Shown here in pieces: positions 1 through 15,243 of a stretch of DNA of 64,000 bases (positions within the stretch are counted from its first letter, which is position 1; the number at the start of each line of letters is the position of its first letter). The translations under genes and the position numbers were made by a program. The notes beneath the pieces were generated by a model, which was given only the letters and a program-made list of their open reading frames with translations, searched no databases and had not been told where the DNA came from. The stretch is from assembly GCF_009914755.1 (NCBI RefSeq), contig NC_060934.1; one strand, 5' to 3'. The DNA is from the human T2T-CHM13v2.0 reference genome, Homo sapiens.

Positions 1-742
1 GAAAACCACATTTTCCTGGAAAATTGCCCCTTTCTTTGAGATGTACAAATGTAATAATGTTGCACATTATTTCATTTATAATTCTTTGCTACTATGTAAT
101 TTTTAAGAATTGTTTTTGATAGTTAACTCTGTTAGGTAACCAAATACAATTATTTCAACCACTGACCTGTTGAATTTATTTCAAAACTCACCCTCAGTTT
201 TTTAACTTCCAAGACGCCCGTCACGGTGTCTCTGACCTCAGGTCCCCTCTCCACTGTCCTGGTTGGAAGCAGGGTGAGCCTCTCAGACCCACGGCGAATG
301 CAGATTCTCATTCCTTCAGTTGCTGTCAGTTTTGGGGTAATGTTTCCCCTTTCCCCTCTCCATCGTCCTGTTTATTTCTGATTTTTAGGCAGCTTCTCTT
401 CTTTTTAAAATCTTCTTACTCTATTGAGACCTCTTATGTATCCTCTTGTTCCCCAAGTCCACTTATTCTTAATTTTTAATGAAAACATAAAGCAGATGCT
501 TCAAAAAATAGTGAGAGAATCTCTGCGAGAAAATCTTTTCGAAGCCTGTTTTATCTTCCTCTTGGCCGGCTAGCTCTCTGCCCTTTATGATGGTGGATCT
601 TTTCACAGGCCCACATGGTTTTATTCTGGGTGTGTGCACGTGTGCGTGTGTACACACCTATGCACTCATGCGTATGGATTTTCTGTGCACGTGTTCATGT
701 GCATACGGATGTGTATGTGAGCAAAAGTCTGTGCACACATGC

Positions 743-744
<2 letters not shown>

Positions 745-782
<38 letters not shown>
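745..782. repeat. (GT)19 microsatellite
   Basis: Pure GT run, preceded by degenerate GT/CA-rich sequence from ~630. Confidence 0.95.
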
Positions 783-784
<2 letters not shown>

Positions 785-1078
785 CTGCCCCGTCTGTCTC
801 CTCCCGGAGCGCTGAGGGGACTCCTGCACCCCAGTAGAGCAGGCATCTATGAGCAGATGTTTCCTGGCTCCCCTCACACCCGTCTGCTTTGGAACTTAAG
901 CTGAAGGTGGCCATGCACCCAGCCCCTGGCCACCCTGCCACCTTCACCTCTTGTGGTCACCGGCCATGGTACCTTCTGCATTCCATCCAGGTGTCTCCTT
1001 TCCCGAGCCTGATGGAGAGCTGGGCTGAGGTGAGCCCCCTCCTGCGGTCACACAGCACCTGCTGTAGACCAGGCGCCT

Positions 1079-1260
1079 AGGTGCAAAGCTCCTCCCACCT
1101 CCAAACCCCATCTCCACCTGGGCTGTGTCCTGGGAACCAGGTGCAAAGTTCCTCCCACCTCCAAACCCCATCTTCAGCTGGGCTGTGTCCTGGGAACCAG
1201 GTGCAAAGTTCCTCCCACCTCCAAACCCTGTCTCCAGCTGGACTGTGTCCTGGGAACCCA
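1079..1260. repeat. 60-bp tandem repeat x3
   Basis: gtgcaaag(c/t)tcctcccacctccaaacc...ctgtgtcctgggaaccag recurs at 1081, 1141 and 1201. Confidence 0.95.
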
Positions 1261-3539
1261 GGTCCCAGAATGGACACAGACTGGGGAGCTCCCCAGGGGC
1301 TCCAACTCAGGTCTCCTGGGTCCAGGCTGGGACGCTGGGTCCCCCACCAGCTGTCTGAGACCCCAGGCCTGGCGCCCTAGGGACGTGCCATCTCCATGTC
1401 TGCACTGAGGTCTTTGGGTTTCTGCAAGCTCCCCAGCTGATCAATAAGCTGCTCACAGCTGCAGACAGGCGAGCCCGCATGTTGGGTGGCCCCTGTGGCA
1501 TTTCACTGGAGAAGCATTAATCAGCCCAACCTTTGCATCTGCCAGTGGCCTAGCTTGTGATGTGCTTGGAAAGCCAGGGCTCCCGGCCCGGGTCAGAGAT
1601 GCCGCTGGGGTGCTCATCAGCTGGGGGCACTTGGGTTGAGGGCTTCTATCAACTCCCTCCTGTTACCCACTCTGCAGAGGTCACAGGAGCAGTTGAAGGA
1701 CTCATGGTGCAGGGTCCCCGACAGCCTGGGGAGGAGCTGGTGGTGCCAGGGATGTGGGTGTGGGGACCCCAGGAGACAGGGAGTGAGGCCCTCCTGGATG
1801 CCCACGTTGTTCCTTTCTCCAGCTCGGCCCTCCTTCCCTCATCCCTGCTCCAGGGTCTCCTGAGTCTCACCCACTTCCACACGCGTCTCTGACAAGTGGG
1901 TCCCCACCGCCAGCCTCCCCGAAAACTTCCTCCTGATAACACAGCATCTGATCACTCATCCCAGGGCCCTCCGCAGACTCCAGTCAGGGCCCCCAGACCC
2001 CAGCTCACAGCTGCGCCTCCTGCCAGCTCTGGCCCCTGCCCTCCCCCGACCCAGAGGCTGCTCCTCCTTCCTGGGGTCTCAGGCCTCGCCTCTTCCATAA
2101 AGCCTTCCCTGGGCCAGGCGGGGCCCCCACTGTTTGCCTGCTTCCCCCATTGGTTGGGGGCTCCAGGAGGGAGGGAGAAACCCGAGCACAGGCAGGCCAG
2201 ACAACAGGTGCAGCCCGGGCCCCTGAGTCCTGCGACCATCCTGCTGGTGCCGTCCGAGCTTCTTCCACATAGGCAGGCTTCCAGGCCGTCCGCCCACCTC
2301 CAGGGGCCCCAGGAGAGAACAGGAGCCAGAGAGGAATCAGAGCCACCCACTTCCCTCCCAGCAGAGGCCACCTGTGCAGATATGGGATCCCAGGGGGCTG
2401 CGGGGCCTATGAGGCTGCACAGGGACACAGACAAAAGCTGGGCCATGCAGGACGGCCGTGCAGCCAGGCCACCCAGGAGCGCACTCCCTCGCTAGCCAGA
2501 GGCAGCCTGGGCCAAGACCACTGAGGGCAGTGCCCCACCCACTCCCCGTGGAGCACATGCCTGGCTCTGTTTAGCCCGGGAGTGCAGCTCTCCCAGTGCC
2601 TCCAGCTGATGTGGCCGCTGTGCCCTGGGACCTCCTGCTTCCTTAGCAGACGTCAGGTGTGCCCCCGTCGGAGCCCCCTCAGCCTCCAGAACCCAGAGTG
2701 TGGGCCAAGAACCACAGCCATGGAGTCAGGAGCATGTGGGCTTCCAGGCTGAGGAGAGGGGCCCTGGGGCCCAGGGAGCCGGGAGAAAGCAGCCCCCACC
2801 CATGGCCCCGCAGCCCCTCGCAGGGGGCTTGTCAGCCCTGAGGTCTAGCAGGGGGGGCATCTTCCTCCAGGCCAGCTCTGGGGGCACCACACTGGGTGGG
2901 TGCTGGGGCCCAGGGATACCTCCTGCTCCTCACCCTGCTGGGTTCAGCTGCCCACCTGGCCTTAGGAGCCATCTGTGGTTTCTGACCCTGGGCTTTGCCT
3001 CCAGGTCTCTAGCCCCCTCTGGAGCGGGTCAGAGAGGTGGGTGCTCCCAAGGCCAGTGTCTGCGTGGTCCTCGAGCCTCCTGCTGTCCAGTCTCCTGGCC
3101 TTCTGGCCCCTTCCCCTGCAGCAGGTCCTGTGGGGTACAGGGGGGAGAAAGGAGAGGCCTGAAGGGGCTTCCCCCCGGCACCCTCTGCCCTCTGGGCCCG
3201 GGGATATTGAAGCTGGGCAAAGGCCGCTGCCGAGGCCTGCAAACCCCAGGAAGTGGGTGCAATCCTCCCTTTGGCAGCCCCAGCACACCTGCTCCTGCAG
3301 CCTCCACCCTGCCCCTGGGGCCCAGAGGACGTGACCCTGAGCACTTGGGAGGGGCAGTTGCTGGGTGGCAGGAACCCGGGCTGCATGGTTTGAACCCCAC
3401 CTCTGCCACCTCTGCCAACTCTGTGCCTCAGTCTCTCCACCTGTACAGGAGGCACTGAGACAGTTCTGGCCCTGAGGGTGTCACAGAGCACCTAGCAGAA
3501 GACGTCTGCGCCTCAGGCTGTGCCCCTTTCAGGGCTCCC

Positions 3540-3920
3540 GTCGGTGTCCCAGGGCTGCTGCCACAGAGCCAGCATGTGAGTGGCTAAGACACGTGTTTGC
3601 TCCCACAGTGCTGGAGGCCACGTGCCTGCAGTCAAGGTGTCAGCAGGGCCACGCTCCCTCCGAAGCCTCTGTCCCTCAGGGGGGACCCTTCCTTGACTCT
3701 GCCGGCTCCCGGTGGCTCCTGGCGTTCCTGGGCGTGTGCCTGCATCACCCCAGCCATGCCTTCTCACGGACTCCTCTCTGTGTTCTCTGCTATCCTTGTA
3801 GGGCCCATCCTAGGTCCGGGTGACCACATCCAGAGATCCCTAACATCCCTAACCCATGACATCAGCAAGGCTACTTCCAAATAAAGCCACATCCTGAGGT
3901 TCTTGGTGGACATGAATCCA
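3540..3920 (-). mobile_element. MaLR LTR (MLT1-type), diverged
   Basis: cccagggctgctgccacag...cacagtgctggaggcc...tcaaggtgtcagcagggccacgctccctccgaag...ttccaaataaagccacatcctgaggttc matches the MLT1 layout in reverse. Confidence 0.75.
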
Positions 3921-3960
3921 TGGAGCCCATTCCCTGGCTGGAGCAGGAGCTGGACAAGGG

Positions 3961-4024
3961 GCCCACCTTGAGCCCCACCTTGAGCCCCACCTTTAGCCGT
4001 ACCTAGAGCCCCACCTTGAGCCCC
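3961..4024. repeat. 12-bp tandem repeat (ccccaccttgag) ~5 copies
   Basis: Direct inspection. Confidence 0.8.
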
Positions 4025-5440
4025 TTCCCACAGAGGGAAAAGGCCAGGGCTTAGGGTGGCTCAGTGACCTTGCGGGACCATGCATGGCTGACGGGCCTGA
4101 GGGTGGGTGGAGAAAGGCGTGAGACCCCTGCGTGAGCTGGTTCTGGAGGGGACTTTTGGCTTGGACTCTAAATGCAGAAGACGACCCCGCCTCGCACTGC
4201 AGAGGAAGAAGTAGACCCCTCTGCATTGCCCCCCTAGGGAGTAGAAGATGAGCTCCCAATGGGTGGGGCTGCAGGTGCCACCACAGGTGACGCTGGGATG
4301 GAAACCTGCATCAGGAATCACCCTGTGGCTGCAGAAAGTGCTTGGCCTCCTTGTCCTGCAGGCCTGGAGGCCACTCACATCCGACTGTGAACCCAGCCCA
4401 GCCCCTTGGTCTCTTTCTTGGTGTCCTGGGAGGAGCTGCCACCTGTCACGGGACACATGGAAATGTGTACACAGGGCTTCCCAATGTTGTGTGACCCACA
4501 CGCTGGTGACAGAGAACGAGCTGACTATGGCCACTGGCCCAAGAACACTGACCACTCAGGGAGGGAACAGGCAGTGCCCCTGTGTCCTGGTGGCCGAGCT
4601 GCCGTGCTGGTCCCCAGGACATGCACATGCCCTGTTCCAAACGCGTCTTCATAAACATCAGCTGGTATTTCTCAATCGCATCTTCGTAAACATCAGCTGG
4701 TATCTCTCTTTCAACTTTTCACCTGTGCCAGCTCCAGTGTGAGGAGTTCATAGCCAGCACATTTGGGACAACTCCCAGATGTGCCAAGACCAAGACCAAG
4801 ACCAGACCAAGGCCAGTGGCCCAGGGCGGAAGAGGGCACTGAGTGAGGGAAGAACCGGCACTTCCACAATTAGGATGCACGATGTGGAGGCAGAGGTGGG
4901 GGAGAAGGGAAGGCTCTTCTTTACAGACAAATGTCAGCTAATAGGTGTAGATGGCAGAAAAAAGTGCAGGCAGAGAGGCAAGAAACGATGAGAACCTCCG
5001 TATATGGAAGTGCAGGCTGCCCTGAGGGAGACCGAGGAAGGTCGGAGAGCTTGGGCAAGACTTGAAGGAGAGTCTAGGTCAACTGGAGCCGAGACACTCT
5101 CCCTGCCTGGGGCACCGGGGAAGTTGGCATCCTTCTGAGTCGTCGAGCAGTGCCCTACTGAGACACTGAGCTGTGGTGTAGGGTTTCCTAGCTATGTGGA
5201 CAAATGAATGGACATCCCTCCCAGGCTTGGCACCCTGGCAGTCCAAGGGGCCTTCCTGTTCTCAAAGTACATGCAGCACTTGGGAAAAGTAGCTGCACAT
5301 CCCACAGGAAGTGAGTGAGCTGACTTCAGTCAGTTCATGCTGTAGCAACAATGTTTCCTGACCAGGATGCAACGAGCTAACAGTCAACATGAGATCTTAC
5401 AACTGATCTTAATAATTTGAGATAAGAAGAAGCTTTCAGG

Positions 5441-5819
<379 letters not shown>

Positions 5820-6467
5820 TTAAAGAATAACACATGATAGAAATGAGAAATGCTTAGAACCAGATTACAGTGGGTGCACTGCCTATTATGTATGAGTACA
5901 TGAAACTCTCCACGTACATATGGAATATTGCAAAGTGCAACTAACTCACTCCAGAAATTAGACAGATTTAAAAGAAGGAAACAATGGAAATTAATGAGCC
6001 AAGCCTTCAACGTAAGTGACAAAAAGAACAAGAGGCTAAAGCAATAAAAGCAGGACAAAGATAAAAATATGAGCAGAAACTCAGGAAATAGAAAATAAAA
6101 GGCAAATCGGGTGGATCAAAGACAAATGTTGGCTGATTATTAGAAAGATGAAGGTGACAGACGCCACTGGCAAAAACAGAGAGAGAGAGAACAGAGTCGG
6201 TATTAGGAATGAAAAGGAGAATCATCAAACACAAGCAGAAGTTTAAAGATAAACATATCAGGAACCAGTCCGTTTGAAATCTTTTCCAAAACAGGTAAGA
6301 TTTTAAATGGATACATTCCCAGAAAATTGTGGAAAATGAATACATTCGCAGAAGATCATGACAAAAAATTGATTCAAGAAGGAAGAGATGACCTAATAAT
6401 TCTACAACCATTAAAGACATTTAACCATTGATTTAAAATCTCCTGCAAGAAAACTCAGGTTGACAGG

Positions 6468-7004
6468 TGTGGGAGACCAGAACGCGCCTCCTGAAAAGCA
6501 GGCCTGTGGGGCTGAGGGCCTCTGCGAGGAGCAACGGAGGGAGAGCTCCCGGTCCCCCCTCGACGCAGGACACGGGCTTACAAAGACGAAGGAATCCTGC
6601 CCCCCTCTACTAGGGAGAACAAAGGTTAACCACTGAAGACAGCTTCAGACCCTCATCACCTGCACCTGAAGATAGTTCCAGAATAATCTGCACCAACAAG
6701 CTTTATGAAGGAGCCTTTATCTGACATTTATTCGCTTTTCCTCAAGTTCCTGCCTACAGAGACTCCAAGTCTTTCTTTTTTGCCCAGAACTTCTCTAAAA
6801 ATCTATCGCTCTTTGTTAAAGATGCTCTACAAGCTGGAATTCAAAGCCGCCTCGTTGAGAGTGACTCATGCCCTAGGCATCTCCCACACATACGTGAAAC
6901 ACTCATGTTAATAAGCCTCTGCTTGTTTTTCTTCTATTCATCTCTGTTTTGTAAGAGGGATCTGTTCCGACTAAGAACTCACAGGGTTCTTATTTTCCCC
7001 TGCC
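6468..7004 (+). mobile_element. ERV1 solo LTR (MER34/MER39-like)
   Basis: Starts tgtgggagaccagaa, has aataag-cctctgcttgtttttc near the end, terminates ttttcccctgcc. 4-bp TSD CAGG at 6464-6467 and 7005-7008, inside L1. Confidence 0.72.
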
Positions 7005-7538
7005 CAGGGTTGCACAGATGTGTTCTACCAAACTTTCAAGGAACAGAACGTTCCAGTCTTTTACAAACTCTTCCTGAGAGTAGAAAGGAGGGAGCACTCC
7101 CTGAATCATTGTGAAGCCATTACAATCTTTAAAACAAACCAGACAAGAATAGTCCAAGAAAAATCATGTTTTAGTACAATCTCACTCCCAAACAAAGACG
7201 TACAAACCCTAAACAAATCATTAGCACACTGAACTCACGGCGTCTATTTTTAAAAGGTGATGACACTCATGACTGTGTTGGGATTTGCTGGGATTATCCC
7301 AGGAATGTGAGTGATTTAGACCGAGAAGATCGATAACTTTCATTCACCGCATGAACGGATTAAAGGGGAAGACAGGCTCATCCCAGTGGATGCTGAAAAT
7401 CACTCAACACAACTCAAAACACACTCAGGAAAAAAGGAAGAGACTTTTCAAACTTAGAAATGGGAAACTTACCAAAAACCTACAGCAGACCAAAAATGGG
7501 GAAACACCGGTGCATCCCCTTTAAAAATCCAGAGCCCA

Positions 7539-7828
7539 GGCTGGGCGTGGTGGCTCACGTCTGTAATCCCAGCACTTTGGGAGGCCGGGGTGGGCGGATC
7601 ACGAGGTCAGGAGATGGAGACCATCCTGGCTAACACGGTGAAACCCCGTCTCTACTAAAAATACAAAAAATTAGCCAGGTGTGGTGGCGGGCGCCTGTAA
7701 TCCCAGCTACTCAGGAGGCTGAGGCAGGAGAATGGCGTGAACACGGGAGGCGGAGCTTGCAGTGAGCCGAGATTGCACCACTGCCCTCTAGCCTGGGTGA
7801 CAGAGTGAGACTCCGTCAAAAAAAAAAA
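7539..7828 (+). mobile_element. AluY
   Basis: AluY diagnostics (gaatggcgtgaac, ggcggagcttgcag). TSD aaaaatccagagcc(c/a)a at 7523-7538 and 7829-7844; TT/AAAA target. Confidence 0.96.
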
Positions 7829-8470
7829 AAAAATCCAGAGCCAAGGTGGGAATACTCTCCCCTCAGCGGCACGGCAGAGATCCAGCCGAGGTGTAACGCA
7901 GGGCAGCCTCACACCTTGTCATTCACTGGAACAGCAGTGAAGAGAACCGGGACTGGAAAGGAAGAACATAATTCATAAATTCCAGGCAATGATTATTACA
8001 AAAACAAAATGAATCTGTAGAGAAATTACTAAAAGAAAGTTAACAAGGTAGCCGGCTTACAAGATCCACATAAAAAGCCATTGTATTTCTTAACATCAGC
8101 AAATAGAAAACATAATTCAAATAAAGATAGTTACAATAATAATAATGAATTATAAGAAGTGACTCGATATAAAAATGGACAAAGTATTTGATAGCCATGT
8201 TCCTCAGAAAGATATACAAACGACCAATAAGCTCAGGAAGAGATGCTCAAGGTCATTAGTCGTTAGGAGAATGCAAACAGAAACCCCAATGAGACACCAG
8301 GTCCTACCCGTGAGGACAGCTGCAAAAAGTAATCCAAGTAGTCCTAATACAAGGAAAATAACAGCAGTTGGTGAGGGTGTAGAGGAATTGGGACCCCCAC
8401 AGATTGCTGGTGGGAATGTAAAATGGGGCTGCAGCTGTGGACAGCAGTTTGGTGGTTCCTCAAAAAGTTA

Positions 8471-8763
<293 letters not shown>

Positions 8764-8842
8764 AAAAAGTTAAACAGAATTACCATATGATGCAGCAATT
8801 CCATTCCTAGGTCTATACCTTAAAGCCATATGTCGTATAACT

Positions 8843-9161
<319 letters not shown>

Positions 9162-9741
9162 TGTATAACTGCATTTATATGAAATGTCCAGAATAGGCAT
9201 ATCCATAAAGACAGAAAATAAATGAGTGGTTATTGAGGGTAGGGGCATGTGTGGAGTTTCTTTTTGGAGTGATTGAAATGTCTAAAATGAGAGCGAGATG
9301 ATAGTTACACAACATTGAATATACTAAACCACTGAATTGTGTGCTTTAAATGGTTAAAATGATGAATTTTTTATGATGTGAATTTTATCTCAAAAAATTT
9401 ATTGAACCATAAGGTACCTAGGAACAAATCTATATAAAGACAGAAAATACCTACATAAAGAAAATACTATGACAGAAACATAAACAAATAAATGGAGATA
9501 CACCATTTTAATGGAGAGATACTCAATCTGTACAGATGTTCCACCTCCCAAAATTTATCTCTCCATCCAATACAGTTGCAGTCACTATCCCAACAGTTTC
9601 TGTGGAATTTAACAAGCCAGTTTTAAAGATTACATGGTACAACAAGTGGAAAAGAATAACCAAAGACATCCCTGAGGAAGAACAAGCAGAGGGTGTGTCC
9701 TATCCGATTCACGTCGCTGAGCTAGCGTGTCACTGCCGAGA

Positions 9742-9960
9742 GACAGGCTCGCCTGTGAAGCGGAGGAGGACATTAGTGTAGAAACGCACAGCCTTGGACA
9801 GGCTCGCCTGTGAAACGGAGGAGGACTTCAGCGTAGAAACGCACAGCCTTGGACAGGCTCGCCTGTGAAACGGAGGAGGACTTCAGTGTAGAAACGCACA
9901 GCCTTGGACAGGCTCGCCTGTGAAACGGTGGAGGACATCAGTGTAGAAACCCATAGCCTT
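9742..9960. repeat. 55-bp tandem repeat x4
   Basis: gacaggctcgcctgtgaa...gtagaaacgcacagccttg starts at 9742, 9797, 9852 and 9907. Confidence 0.95.
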
Positions 9961-10071
9961 AGAGCTTTTGGAGGAAAATATCTGACCGTGAATTTTATGA
10001 CCTCATAATAAGAGAGAATTTAAGCAAGACCCAAAAAGGTCAACCATAAGAGAAAATATTTCCTAAAGTGA

Positions 10072-10430
10072 TGTCTGAGTCTGCTCCAGCTGCCATAACA
10101 AAATACCTTAGACGAGGGATTTAGGAACAGTAGAAGTTTCTTGCTCACATTCTAGATCTGGGAAGTCCAAGATGAAGGTGCCGGCAGTCTGGGTGTCTGG
10201 TAGGCCCTGCTCTACGCTTCAGCGGTAGTAACTTCCAGCCGTGTCCTCACGTGGTTGAAGAGCAAAGGGGCCCCTTCATGCCTCTTTTGTAAGGACACGA
10301 ATCCCATTTATAAGGGCAGAGTCCCCGTGACCGAATCACCTCCCAAAGCCCTGCCTCTTCATTCCCACACATGAGAGGTTAGTGGTCAACATAGGAGTTT
10401 TGGAGGAACACAGATGTCCAGAACACAGTG
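10072..10430 (-). mobile_element. MaLR solo LTR (MLT1A/MST-like)
   Basis: gctgccataacaaaatacc...gggaagtccaagatgaaggtgccggcag; 5-bp TSD AGTGA at 10067-10071 and 10431-10435. Confidence 0.85.
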
Positions 10431-10550
10431 AGTGACGGCATTAGAATTGAACACTTCTCATCATTAAAAACCACCACATAAACATACAGGCCACTCACCA
10501 GGGGAAGATATTTGTAATGTACACAAATTTCAAATGATCACTATCCAGGG

Positions 10551-11635
<1,085 letters not shown>

Positions 11636-14600
11636 GCAGGGAGGGCGCCGGCTGGTTCTGTTGCAGGCATGTCCCGGAATGTCCCCTCCACTCAGGCCAC
11701 CCCGACCCCGAAGCTGCATCGGCCTGGCCAGATCCCATCCTCCTCCTCCCCCAACCTTCCTGCAGCCCAGACTCTGGGACCACCTTCTTCAGTCCCCAAA
11801 CGCACTGCAACCCTGGGACCCAAGAGCACAGGACACCCGAGACAGCCGAGGGCACCTTAGGGGCCTGTTGACTGAAGGAAAATACAAGTTAGTTTCATGT
11901 GGAAATCTGACTGAGGCCGGTGGACCGAGGCCTCCAGCTCAGGAGCAGCCCCGTGAAGTTGCGCCTACAAGAGTTTCAGTTCACGGTTTACCTCCAGCTG
12001 GTGAAGAGTCGCACCAGGTGTGGGTGCAGGAGGACGTCTGGTTAGAGGTCAGAGGCGTCATCCCCAACCCCGGCCGATGTTATCTTACGTGCGGGGAAAG
12101 GCAAGGACTGGACTCGTTCATCTTTTACGGAACGTGGTGAGTCAGGCAAGAGACCCGGGCCCTGTGCTCCGTCCTGTTTTGTCTTCGATGCTTCTCTCCG
12201 GTGAGCTGCAGGTGGCCACAGAGTCAGGCTTGGGAAGCTGTGCCGCAAGCGGGAATGAGTGGACGGGGCTGCTCACGCGGCTGCTTTTCCGTCACGGATG
12301 CCCCACCCGGTCCTGTGCGGGAGGCCCTGTTGAGGTGAGCTCCGCCCTGCCGAGTGTAGGGACTTTGCCTCCACCTCCAGGGTTCCACATCCTTCCAGTA
12401 GGACACAGGCAGACATCGCCTTGGGAGGCTGAATTTGCTCAAACGGCAAACACACGATGAGAGCCTGGGAGGGAATCCCGGCCAGGGCAGGGTGAGCAGA
12501 CACTTCCAGAATCAGATCAACAAGCCCGTTCAGCACGAGCACAGCTCTGGTTTATAGCAGAGGGAATTGGATCAGAGGCCTGGAGCCCAGGGCCAAGGAG
12601 ATTACAGCCGAGGGTGTCACAGTGGGGGGCACCCCACTGCATCCCAGCCTGGCCAGCAGGGAGAGCACCATCGATCCAGCTCTCTGGTCAAGATATGCTT
12701 CTTCCTAGAGGGACAAAGCCCCAAGCCATTGAGGACTCACTCTGCCCCTGCGGCTTGACTGGGCCCCACACTCCTGTCCCTGAGAAGCCCACTCAGGGCA
12801 CTGGAGGTGGGGGTGCTCCCCAGGTGGATCCCTCCCATCTTCATATGAGGTTCTGGGGGAGGGCCTTCTTGGATGGAGGATGGAGGATGGAAGGCCAGGA
12901 GTCCCAGCTCCATCCAGGCCACCCCTGGAGCAGCAGGAGCTGGGACAGGTTTGCTCCCCACCTGCGGAGGACGGGGGGCGGTTTCTGTCCATCATCCTCT
13001 TCAGTGTCCCTGCTGCCCTGAGGCTCTGCGGGGTCCGGGGCCCCCTCACAAGCAGTCAGGCTGCCTGTTCCCAAGTGAAGGTGGTGGTCAGTCCTGGAGC
13101 GGCAGCTTTGAAAACGTCAGGGTGGGAACCGGAGGGGATGGTGACCCTTCAGAAGGGAGAGCGTGAGAAGCCCATGGAGGCTCCTGTGTCCACACGGTGT
13201 CTGTGTTCACACAGGAGACCTCAGGAGGGCCCTGGAGGCGGGTGGGCTGGGGGACAATTGCCCTCAGGATTGGAGGAGCAGGCCACTTGCAGGACCTGTC
13301 CTGCCCACTGCATGCGCCTGGTCGTGGGCTGCTGGGCTCCTTGGAGGAGGCCTCTCTGCTTTGGAAGGGCATGGCAGAGGCTCAGTGGTGGGCTGGCGGG
13401 GGTCTCTGTGCAGAACAGCATTTTGCAGTCCCCAGTGTCAAGTGCGAGGCAGCCCAGTCCAGGCAGAGCACGCTGATGCCCAGATCTGGGTCTGACACCA
13501 TCCTCTCCACAGTCCTCACTCCCCGAAGCAGCAAACCCAGAGACAGAGCTGCAGTGCAGAGGATCCACGAGTCATTTCCATGTTTGGGCCATGAGGTTAT
13601 TTTCTTCTAGAGAGACCAGCATGGAAAGAGGGGAGGGGCCTTTGCAGTGTGGAGACCCAACGCACACCTCAGCCAGGTGACCCCGCCTAGGGCAGGGTGG
13701 GGGTCTTCCCTCAGGGCGGCCTTGTCCCCAGCCCTCCCCTGGCCATGCTCCTGAGCCCCTGCACCACCACGTCCACCCTCCCTGTGAGCCCCTCAGGCAG
13801 TGAGACAACAGCCCTGTCCACGCCATTCCCTGTTGAGTCCCCTCCGCTGGTTTGCACGGCTCCCAAGCACATCTGGCTGCTGGCTGACCCAGGCCTGATG
13901 GGGCTGAGTCACATCCCCAGCCCCACCGTCCAGGCAGATGCCCAGCAGGGAGCCTGCTGTTCTTGGCCTCCAGCCTCTGTTTACTCCCAGGAACACTTTT
14001 GGCATTGCTTGAGTGGCACATTGGCTGGGCCTGCCCACCTATTGCCACGCAAGATGACTGTTTGCAGGAGGTGCCCTGAGGGTCCATCTGTCCTGCAGGG
14101 CACCCACCAAGCACAGTATGGCACCTCTGCACCAAGCCTGTCCACGTCCCTACTGCGAGGCTGGGCTGCGCCACGCCTCTGAGAAGCGGCCCTGTTCCCA
14201 CCCAAGGCCTCGCCTGCAGACATGGCCACGTCCCCAGACAGGCCCCGAGAAGCTCGCCCCAGACGCCACGAGGCGCATCCTTAAACAGGGACTTCCTAGA
14301 CGCCATGAGGCGGTGTCCTTAAACAGCGACTTCCTCTCACCCACCTTGATTTGATTTTCAGTTTTAAACTAAAGTGAATTCCGTTTTACAAGTAATACCA
14401 TTTCATTGTAGAACATTGGGAAATACATAAACTAGAAAGAAGAAGAAATACTCCCTGGCCTCGGGCCCCCACATGCTCGGAGGAGCCTTGCAAAGTTTTA
14501 TGCCCAGGTGTGTCTTCACTCAGCGGTCAGAGAGTGCCCAGGCGGCACTGCATTTCCCGCTCAAATGCTCCTTTCTGGTTGTAAAGGTGAGATGTACGCC

Positions 14601-15243
14601 TTATTAAAAGCTGGAATTCTCAGGAGAGGGCAAAGAAGGAAACCCCCTCCGGGGAGAGGCAGGCCCCACGGCTCTGGGACTTTCAGGGCTCCGGGGACTC
14701 TCACGGCCTCACTGCAGTGGTCCCGCGGGGCTGGTGGGGGGCAGGGCATCGTAAAAGCATCCGCCGCTCCTGGTGGAAGAGGAAATGTGGAGCTGGGTGC
14801 CAGGGGCCTGGCAGTCACGGCTTATTGTTCTTTATGAACAGAAATGGACAAGAGAGTCCACAGGCTTCAACCCGAGGTTTCATGATGCAGGGAGGCACCC
14901 TTCACAGTCTGCCGAGGGACACAGACACCATCGCTCTCTCCGCAGCTCTACGGCTGAGCAGGGGTGCACCCAAGAAATGTATCTCCCGGAACTGGGGAAT
15001 CACGGCAGGGCCGCTGGGCAAGGCATGCAGGGTTGCAGCATTTACCGAGGACCCTGACCTGGGGGCCACCAGCTATTCATTTCTATTCTTCTTTTCAAAC
15101 CTTTAATTTCTTTATTTTTAGTGCAGTTTCAGATGCACGGCCAATGTGAGAGTTAAGTCCAAAGAGTTCCTGTACGCCCTTCTCCCCTCGTGCACACCCT
15201 GCCCTCTCTCCCCCACCAGAGCGGCGCATTCCCTACAATCCAC

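Noticed and set aside
1896-3491. Overlapping 150-250 aa Pro/Gly/Ala-rich ORFs (likewise 31150-31836, 33360-34184, 59867-60755, 61767-62393)
   Set aside because: Expected in GC-rich DNA; open on both strands, mostly non-ATG starts, no recognisable domains.
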